A stretch of DNA of 25,175 nucleotides from a virus. Its lineage: Duplodnaviria > Caudoviricetes. The notes under the pieces were generated by a model that ran no database searches, was not told the origin of the DNA, and saw nothing but the letters and a program-made list of their open reading frames with translations. Every line of letters starts with the position of its first letter. Position 1 is the first letter of the stretch. Made by a program: the position numbers and the translations under genes. Positions 1 through 6,349 of the stretch are shown here, piece after piece. Location of the stretch: positions 1 to 25,175 of IMG/VR virus record IMGVR_UViG_3300032233_001715. One strand, 5' to 3'.

Positions 1-1
1 C

Positions 2-940
2 ATCAATGTCGATACCAGCACCACGAAGTATCGCCGCGCTCTTGAGCTAGTTCCTGTCGATGGCAACGATCTCAACGCTCCGCTTGGTCGTGCCGTTCGC
101 ACCATGTTCCTGCAGGGCTTTGTCGTCAGCAATGCCGGTATCAACTATCTGCAGGACGAAGATGGTCAGCCCTGCTGGCCCCGCCACAAGATCCTGATGA
201 TTAATCAGGTGTCTGCAATCAAGAGCCGTGAGGATGCTCGCAGCAAGGAAGGCTTCTACGACGCCTGGTTTGAGCGGGTTGACGGTATGCCCATGGATCC
301 TGAAGGAATCGTGGACACCTTTGGAGACATCTCCGAAAGTCCAGAATCTCTGATGGCCTGGGAAGCCGGCTTCAAGCACGGCGACTTTGCAACCAATCAG
401 AAGATGGTTACCTTCAGCAGCTATGCTTCTGGCCCAGCAGGTATTGCTACGTATTCCTGCTCTGTCCAGAACCTGGTTGATCGCTTTGGTCCGGGCTATG
501 TTCTTCCGGACGAGGTTCTGAAGAAGGTTCGTCCGTTCAGCGACTATATCCTGGAGAACAACGAGAAGCTGCAGATTCAGTGGCTGCTTGAGTTGTTCCC
601 GGGTGATGAGTGGGCCATGATCGAAGCCGGCATCATTCCGGACGGTAGCAATCGTGTGGCAATGGGTGGTTTCTCCGCCCCTGCTGCAGCACCTGCTCCT
701 ACTCCGGTGATTCCAACTCCGGTCGTCCAGGCTCCTGTTGCGCGAGTCCCTGTGCCGGTCGCTACTCCAGTGATTAAGCCCGTTGCAGCTCCGCCAATGC
801 CTCGCCCCGTGGCTCCGATTGCGGCTCCTGCCACACCGGTTGCTCCGGCAATCCCTGCTCCCGCAGCGGGCAACAGTCTGTCTTCTCAGATGCAAGCAAT
901 GATGGCCAAGCTTCAAAACAATATGAATAAGCAAGGCTGA
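2..940 (+). CDS. Hypothetical protein, 5'-truncated, with a Pro/Ala-rich C-terminal tail; possibly an ssDNA-binding or recombination-mediator protein
   Basis: The frame of ORF 104..940 is open back to position 2 (INVDTSTTKYRRALEL...), so the start lies outside the window. C-terminus is low complexity (APAAAPAPTPVIPTP...). The SSB idea rests only on its position directly upstream of the recA-like gene. Confidence 0.75.
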   Translation: MNVDTSTTKYRRALELVPVDGNDLNAPLGRAVRTMFLQGFVVSNAGINYLQDEDGQPCWPRHKILMINQVSAIKSREDARSKEGFYDAWFERVDGMPMDPEGIVDTFGDISESPESLMAWEAGFKHGDFATNQKMVTFSSYASGPAGIATYSCSVQNLVDRFGPGYVLPDEVLKKVRPFSDYILENNEKLQIQWLLELFPGDEWAMIEAGIIPDGSNRVAMGGFSAPAAAPAPTPVIPTPVVQAPVARVPVPVATPVIKPVAAPPMPRPVAPIAAPATPVAPAIPAPAAGNSLSSQMQAMMAKLQNNMNKQG

Positions 941-956
941 AAGTAGGTAAAACACT

Positions 957-2204
957 ATGGCAAAAAAGAAGAAAGACGAATCAGGTGACGCAAGTCAAGA
1001 TCCCGCACTCGTTGGTATCAAGGCACTCATGGCTCATGCCATGAAGTCCAGCACCGGCCAGGTCTGCCTCGCGGCAGACCTGGCCGATAGAGTGTGGGGC
1101 ATTCCCTGTGACCATCTGTCCTATCGGTGGCTTTGCGACAATACTTGCTACCAGATGAGTAGAATCATCGGCGTAGCTGGTATGAAGGAGAGCTGCAAGT
1201 CGGCGTTTGCAATGACCCTGGCCAAGGTCTGGATGGACCTAGGCGGTGCATGCATTTACATCGACACCGAAAACAAGAAGAGTCCTGCTCTGTATCAGGC
1301 AGTAGTGGGTAAGAAAAACACTTACCGCACTATTGACCACATAGCTTTCAACACCGAGGAATGGCAAGAGCAGATTCTAGGCGCTCTTAAATTTTCCTCG
1401 GAAGACTCCTCTATGGCAGACATTCCTGTCATGTTCATCATCGACTCGCTTGGCGGCGTAGACACCAAGGAGAGCGATGCTCGTATTGAAAAGGAGGGTG
1501 GAGTCAACCCTCGCAATACGGGCGGCATGATCAAGTGTAAGTCTCACAACGAGTTCTTCCGACATGTGAACAAGCACCTGTACATGAAGCCATATGCACT
1601 GGTGTACATTAATCACTTGTCTGACGATCCCAACAGCCCAATTCAAGGTGCAAAGCGCAAGCCTGGCGGTACCGGTCAGGACTACCATGCGGTGCTGGAT
1701 CTCTGGTTCTCCGTGGTAAAGGGCACTCCGGTCTATAAGGCTACTCGTGGCTTTACAGAAAAGGTGCTTAAGATCACGGTAAACAAGAATTCAATGGGCG
1801 CCAGCAAGCGCAACATTGAAATCCCGTATCGTTGGAAGGGCGATGAGGAGACTGGTCAGATCAGCGAATGCTGGTTTGACTGGGATGCTGCCACCGCAAT
1901 GCTGCTCACAGATGATAGCCCTACTGGCGTCAAGGGACGCCTAAGGGAGATCGTCAATGTGACGGTCAACAGCAACAAGTACAGCTGCAAGGAGTTGGGC
2001 TTGGTGGCGGTTACCGACTCTGAGATGGGTGCGGCTATCCGCAATGCCGTGGATCTTCGGGAGCGTATCTCGGACGCACTCGGCATTAATCGTATGAAGG
2101 TTTATCCAAAGTTGGACGTGGAAGATAAGGCCATCTACGAAGAGGTCCGTTATCCAAAGCTGGTGGCCAACGCTACTACGGATTCTGACGAACAGGAGCA
2201 GTGA
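957..2204 (+). CDS. recA: RecA/UvsX-like recombinase (divergent)
   Basis: RecA motif order is kept: RIIGVAGMKESCKS (Walker A region), CIYIDTE, MFIIDSLGG (Walker B), LVYINHL (FINQ equivalent), KPGGTGQDYHA (TTGGNALKFYA equivalent), KITVNKNSMG (KVVKNKV equivalent). Confidence 0.85.
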   Translation: MAKKKKDESGDASQDPALVGIKALMAHAMKSSTGQVCLAADLADRVWGIPCDHLSYRWLCDNTCYQMSRIIGVAGMKESCKSAFAMTLAKVWMDLGGACIYIDTENKKSPALYQAVVGKKNTYRTIDHIAFNTEEWQEQILGALKFSSEDSSMADIPVMFIIDSLGGVDTKESDARIEKEGGVNPRNTGGMIKCKSHNEFFRHVNKHLYMKPYALVYINHLSDDPNSPIQGAKRKPGGTGQDYHAVLDLWFSVVKGTPVYKATRGFTEKVLKITVNKNSMGASKRNIEIPYRWKGDEETGQISECWFDWDAATAMLLTDDSPTGVKGRLREIVNVTVNSNKYSCKELGLVAVTDSEMGAAIRNAVDLRERISDALGINRMKVYPKLDVEDKAIYEEVRYPKLVANATTDSDEQEQ

Positions 2205-2722
2205 TGAAGGAAAACGAGAAGCCCAACTTTTTCGATACTTTTGAAGAGTACAAGCAAAAGCGAGACAACAACCGGCAGGTTGTGTATGAAAACAAAGTCT
2301 GCCGAAAGTTGATTACGCGCATGTTTGAAAAGGGCAGCTCGGAGCGAGAATACTGGAGCAAGCGGCTAGAGGCGAGCAGTGAGCCTCTAGCCGAACTCCA
2401 GGAGCTGATGGGTCCATTCTGCCTAACAACCCTTAGGCTGCAGCAATGGAGCATCAACGACCTACTCGGTCCTCCGACAAAGATAGCGCAGTTACCTTTG
2501 TGGCAAGAGTTCGCCGCAAAGGTTGCACAGTGCAGTCCCAAACAGATTACCGCCATGGTATTTTATAATTCTGTAATTGGCCAGGACATGGTTATACATA
2601 CAGGTCTAAGTACACAGATGCCTAAAGGCTATTTTCGCTTAATGCGTACATCTACGTCAGGCGACGGCGGAGTAATCATTGACACCTTAGACGGATTTTT
2701 GGAGTTGATTGCAGGTAATTAA
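2201..2722 (+). CDS. Hypothetical protein; possible degenerate Hjc-type PD-(D/E)XK resolvase fold
   Basis: GTGA overlap with the recA stop. Pattern YENKVCRKL...PFCLTTL..QWSINDLL...LWQEF...AMVF...LDGFL resembles phage Hjc-like proteins, but there is no ExK. The ORF is solid; the family is tentative. Confidence 0.7.
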   Translation: MMKENEKPNFFDTFEEYKQKRDNNRQVVYENKVCRKLITRMFEKGSSEREYWSKRLEASSEPLAELQELMGPFCLTTLRLQQWSINDLLGPPTKIAQLPLWQEFAAKVAQCSPKQITAMVFYNSVIGQDMVIHTGLSTQMPKGYFRLMRTSTSGDGGVIIDTLDGFLELIAGN

Positions 2723-2725
2723 TTA

Positions 2726-3094
2726 ATGCAATACAAAACCTTATTGGAATATGAAGCCGTAGAAAAACTTAGAACAGAATTGACAAGATTGACCCCAGGG
2801 CTTTGGATGCTGGACTTGGACAGAGAGTGCGAACAGGTGCTGCTTGGACCATACGACACCATCGCAGATGCTCACGACAACCGAGACTATATCTGGCACT
2901 ATGGCGATAGGTTTGGCCGCTACCTATGGCTGGTAAGCCAGACCACAGCTCAAATAGTCAGAGGCAATGCTGAGAAACTACAACACATTGAATTGGGTAT
3001 CGATACACTGCCGTTGGAGGTAACCCGATTCAAGATGAAGCTAGAGGGAACTCCGGAATGGATACAGACTCCAACAAGAAGGGTAAAGAAATGA
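2726..3094 (+). CDS. Hypothetical protein
   Basis: 122 aa ORF starting 3 nt after the upstream stop; its stop overlaps the next ATG (ATGA at 3091-3094). Confidence 0.75.
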   Translation: MQYKTLLEYEAVEKLRTELTRLTPGLWMLDLDRECEQVLLGPYDTIADAHDNRDYIWHYGDRFGRYLWLVSQTTAQIVRGNAEKLQHIELGIDTLPLEVTRFKMKLEGTPEWIQTPTRRVKK

Positions 3095-3633
3095 GCGATC
3101 CTAAACCAGAGCGAATCCCACTCAGAGACTCTTTGTCATTTACTATACAGGCTGCTATCACTGATGCAGCAATGTTCAATAATTATATCTTGAAGGAATA
3201 TGCTCCCAGATGCCAAGGCCCTCTGGGTTTAAGCAAAAGTCCTGCCAAGCATACGTTAGAGAACTGCCTATACGACGAGCTCAGCGGCTGGCTAGATGCG
3301 CCCACCATTACGGGTATATCTATTCTAAGCATTGAGTTAGGGCCACCAGCGTTCAAAAACCAGGTCGTAAATGACGACCCCCGAATTAACTTCCGGGAGT
3401 TTGTGGATTTAGTGTATGATATCTGCAAACTGGAAGCGTCCGCCAAAAAGAATTCAAATTTTGTAATGGTGGACCGAGGAAGGCTGGAGGAGCTAAAGCA
3501 GCGCAGTAAATGGCTGCTCCAGCATGTCGCTAAGGTGGAGTTCAATGAGCCTAAGTCCGAGAAAACGTCCAGACAAGTGGGTAATAGCCTACGAGAAAGA
3601 CGGATTTCTAGTGGACTACCTACGTCATCCTGA
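3091..3633 (+). CDS. Hypothetical protein
   Basis: Start moved from 3058 to ATG 3091 (MSDPKPE...) because of ATGA coupling with the previous stop. Confidence 0.7.
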   Translation: MSDPKPERIPLRDSLSFTIQAAITDAAMFNNYILKEYAPRCQGPLGLSKSPAKHTLENCLYDELSGWLDAPTITGISILSIELGPPAFKNQVVNDDPRINFREFVDLVYDICKLEASAKKNSNFVMVDRGRLEELKQRSKWLLQHVAKVEFNEPKSEKTSRQVGNSLRERRISSGLPTSS

Positions 3634-3760
3634 CTTCATATTCGACAACATAGAATTGGCCTATGAACGTAAAGGTGATGCTCAAGTCTTGTTAAGCAAG
3701 GCCTTTGCCCATATAAAGTTGGTTAATGTCTACGTTGCACCCCTACGAGACTTTCAGTAA
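3545..3760 (+). CDS. Small hypothetical protein
   Basis: ATG 3545 follows AAGGTGGAG (SD-like). Its stop TAA overlaps the next ATG at 3760. It overlaps the upstream gene by 89 nt. Confidence 0.6.
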   Translation: MSLSPRKRPDKWVIAYEKDGFLVDYLRHPDFIFDNIELAYERKGDAQVLLSKAFAHIKLVNVYVAPLRDFQ

Positions 3761-4347
3761 TGGCAAAATATGTAGCTTATATCCCAGGGATGGATTCATT
3801 CCTGATGGATGGCAACACTCCCTACATTGATGAAGAGAAAGAAGTAAAAAGAGTCATAGCGCACGAAACAGTGCATCCTAAAAGCTATGAAGCTAAACCG
3901 GTTTCTTTCTTAAAGACTTGGGCTAAGAGACAACAGCAAAAGGAGCAAGAGGAAAAGACTAAGCCGTATAGGTTTTCTCCTACTGCCCCTGAGTTTCACT
4001 ACAGATCTCCAGAGGGTCAAGCTCGTTACTTGGTAGTGGTGGGCAATGAGAATGAGTCTAAAAGCGGTCTTGCAGTAAAAGCCTTTGACAGCCGAGACGA
4101 AGCTGTTATATTTGTCCGCAAGTCAATCTCGGGATTGACTAAGGAACTCCCCGATTTAGGATACTACATACTGGATACTGAAAACCATGTCTACATCGAT
4201 GGAATCACAGCCGGAAAGCAGTGGCGAATCGAGGATTACGCCTCTAGGGTCAGCAATAGGGAGAGTGTTTGCGTTCAAGGCGATGGGCCAACCCAGCAGC
4301 CCAAACGTAGAGGAAGAAAGCCCCGAGCTGCCCCAACAGCCAGTTGA
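3760..4347 (+). CDS. Hypothetical protein with a basic C-terminal tail
   Basis: 195 aa ORF with TAATG coupling; ends QPKRRGRKPRAAPTAS. Confidence 0.7.
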   Translation: MAKYVAYIPGMDSFLMDGNTPYIDEEKEVKRVIAHETVHPKSYEAKPVSFLKTWAKRQQQKEQEEKTKPYRFSPTAPEFHYRSPEGQARYLVVVGNENESKSGLAVKAFDSRDEAVIFVRKSISGLTKELPDLGYYILDTENHVYIDGITAGKQWRIEDYASRVSNRESVCVQGDGPTQQPKRRGRKPRAAPTAS

Positions 4348-4705
4348 CGAGTACGGATTTAACTTCACCTCGGATAACCGTATGTTTGACTCCGGGGCAA
4401 AGCGAGATTCGGCTTCGGGCAAGCCTAGGCCAGATCTGCTATCCCCATTTGCAACAATGCGCAGGGGTAGAGTGATGGAGCTTGGAGCCTGTAAGTACGG
4501 GGTTCGAAACTGGGAAAAGGGTATGCCCTTAAGTGTGTTTGTAGCATCTGCAAACAGACACTTCGTACAGTTCCTCATGGGAGCAACTGATGAAGATCAT
4601 CTGGCGCATTGTGCTTTTAACTTAGACGCAATCATGCACGGACAGGAGATGATTCGCCGTGGACTTTGGCCAGCCGAATACAACGATCTTCCTCAGTACG
4701 ATTGA
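4283..4705 (+). CDS. DUF5664-type (dATP/dGTP diphosphohydrolase N-terminal domain) protein
   Basis: FDSGAKRD...GKPRPDLLSP...GACKYGVRNWEKGMP...SANRH...EDHLAHCAFN is the characteristic family pattern. Start is uncertain (4187, 4199 or 4283); 4283 follows AAGG. Confidence 0.85.
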   Translation: MGQPSSPNVEEESPELPQQPVDEYGFNFTSDNRMFDSGAKRDSASGKPRPDLLSPFATMRRGRVMELGACKYGVRNWEKGMPLSVFVASANRHFVQFLMGATDEDHLAHCAFNLDAIMHGQEMIRRGLWPAEYNDLPQYD

Positions 4706-4712
4706 ATCCGAC

Positions 4713-4853
4713 ATGGAAAAACCTTTTGCAGATAAATGCTTAGATCACGTAGATTTTCAACTGCACCTTCTACCCATAGTAAATAAGGTAGAGTGTCAGG
4801 ATTCCTTTTTATCAGAAATTCCTGAAGAGTTGTTTGAATCAAATGAAGAATGA
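4713..4853 (+). CDS. Small acidic hypothetical protein (46 aa)
   Basis: MEKPFADKCLDH...FESNEE fills the gap between the DUF5664 gene and thyX. Confidence 0.4.
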   Translation: MEKPFADKCLDHVDFQLHLLPIVNKVECQDSFLSEIPEELFESNEE

Positions 4854-5718
4854 AATCTCTGTAGGTCCTGCAGGTTGGGTGAAGCTGGTGGACACCATGC
4901 CTCAGACCGACCTAGATCTCGCCGTGGTCCAAGCTGCCCGTACCTCCAATGGTGCGGGCAGCAAGGGCCTAGAGAGCGACACCTCCCTGATTCGCTACTT
5001 AATGAGACATAAGCACACCTCTCCTTTTGAGATGGTGGAGTTTAAGTTTCATCTAAAGATGCCTATCTTTGTTGCAAGGCAGTGGATGCGGCACAGGATG
5101 GCAAGCATCAACGAGTACAGCGCAAGATACGCGGCTGTACCCGACGAGTGCGCAATCCCTAGAATTACGGATATTCGCACTCAGTCTCATGTAAATAAAC
5201 AAGGGTCTGATCTGCTGGATTTCCCCGGAGATGAGGCGGATCTTTTTGTAGATCAGATGAAGTTGATCTACAAACAGGCTTATTCAGCGTATACACAAGC
5301 TCTTAAAGCCGGCGTTGCGAGAGAGCAAGCTAGAATGCTGCTGCCTCAAAACATGTATACGGAGTTCTACTGGAAGATAGATCTGCACAATCTCTTGAAT
5401 TTTTTAAAGCTGAGAATGGACCCACATGCTCAGAAAGAGATTCAAGATTTTGCAAAGGCATGCCATGAGCTCATAACTCCTTTAGTACCTATTACTATAA
5501 AAGCATTTGAAGATTATGTGCTAAAGGCCGTGACTCTGTCTTACCCGGATCTAGTATGCTTGCGTACAATGCTTGCAAGCAAATCTACCCTAGAAGAAAT
5601 AGGGAAACAGCAAGGACTTGGTAAAACTGAAATTGCAGAGCTTGAAACAAAGTTTCGTAAGTTATGCATCAATCCATACGCAATCAAACTGCAAAATAAA
5701 AAAAGAGAAGACATCTAA
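4843..5718 (+). CDS. thyX: FAD-dependent thymidylate synthase
   Basis: ThyX signature RHRMASINEYSARY; also HTSPFEMV, PIFVARQW, REQARMLLP, NLLNFLKLR, HAQKEI. ATG 4843 preferred to TTG 4834. Confidence 0.97.
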   Translation: MKNEISVGPAGWVKLVDTMPQTDLDLAVVQAARTSNGAGSKGLESDTSLIRYLMRHKHTSPFEMVEFKFHLKMPIFVARQWMRHRMASINEYSARYAAVPDECAIPRITDIRTQSHVNKQGSDLLDFPGDEADLFVDQMKLIYKQAYSAYTQALKAGVAREQARMLLPQNMYTEFYWKIDLHNLLNFLKLRMDPHAQKEIQDFAKACHELITPLVPITIKAFEDYVLKAVTLSYPDLVCLRTMLASKSTLEEIGKQQGLGKTEIAELETKFRKLCINPYAIKLQNKKREDI

Positions 5719-5720
5719 CC

Positions 5721-6281
5721 ATGAACGATACTGTAGAGTTCGTAGTCGTCGGACTCAATTCAATCGGTAGAACCCTGGCAGGGCTTATTTCTGTAAGCAA
5801 TCTCGGTCCAGTCACTTTAATTGACGACAAGAAGGTTTCAGCTAAGTGTGTAGCTTCCGGCTATCTAGAAATAGACGTCGGACAGTATCGCACAGACGCC
5901 ACCGCAGATGCCATTAAGGAAATTAATCCTAAGGCAAAGATTAACAAACTTATGCGGCTAGACGACTCGGCAGTTGAAACCCTGACCTCAAAGATTAGCG
6001 GCAATACAGTCATGCTGTGCTGCGATCCTATGAGCGACAAATCAAGACTGCACGTATGCGCAGAAATGAAGAATGCCTGTCAGGCAATCTACTTCTTCGG
6101 CTTTAATGAGGACGACGGTAATTGCAGTATTACGCGCGTTGTCCCAGGAACTTACAATATAGAAAAAACATTAGAAAACATTCCTTCAGGTAAGGAGATT
6201 CCTGAAGAGGGCAGGCTTGCTGCAGCAAAAGCCTTTGCCTTACAGGTAAGCTCCTTACAGCCGATGCCAGCTACAAAATAG
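5721..6281 (+). CDS. ThiF/MoeB/E1-like adenylation-fold protein with eroded motifs
   Basis: FVVVGLNSIG (GxGxxG position), VTLIDDKKV (DxDxV position), DVGQYRTDATADAIKEINP (DVGxxKxxxAxxxLxxINP pattern), VMLCCD. SNLxRQ and the Zn-binding CxxC pairs are absent. Confidence 0.75.
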   Translation: MNDTVEFVVVGLNSIGRTLAGLISVSNLGPVTLIDDKKVSAKCVASGYLEIDVGQYRTDATADAIKEINPKAKINKLMRLDDSAVETLTSKISGNTVMLCCDPMSDKSRLHVCAEMKNACQAIYFFGFNEDDGNCSITRVVPGTYNIEKTLENIPSGKEIPEEGRLAAAKAFALQVSSLQPMPATK

Positions 6282-6292
6282 TTTAAACCTTG

Positions 6293-6324
6293 AGTAGAGC
6301 TGTCGAAAGGCGGCTCTACTTTTT
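6293..6324 (+). terminator. Rho-independent terminator
   Basis: AGTAGAGCTGTC-GAAA-GGCGGCTCTACT (12-bp stem with two G-U pairs, GNRA loop) followed by TTTT, just after the 6281 stop. Confidence 0.85.
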
Positions 6325-6326
6325 CT

Positions 6327-6343
6327 CCTAAATCAGGTAAAAT
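6327..6343 (+). promoter_or_regulatory. Intergenic motif copy 1 (CCTAAATCAGGTAAAAT), candidate phage promoter
   Basis: Lies between the terminator and ATG 6350; similar to copies at 12788 and 17689. Confidence 0.45.
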
Positions 6344-6349
6344 GGCCCT

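Noticed and set aside
670-870. Nucleotide tandem repeat in the Pro/Ala region
   Set aside because: The low complexity is at protein level with varied codons; there is no periodic DNA repeat unit.
47-955. 302-aa minus-strand ORF and nested 577..873
   Set aside because: Antisense shadows of a GC-rich, Pro/Ala-coding + strand gene; the Arg/Ser/His-rich translation has no domain pattern.
4283-4705. Calling a Z-genome (2-aminoadenine) pathway
   Set aside because: No purZ or HD-family dATPase is in the window; the hydrolase domain alone is not enough.
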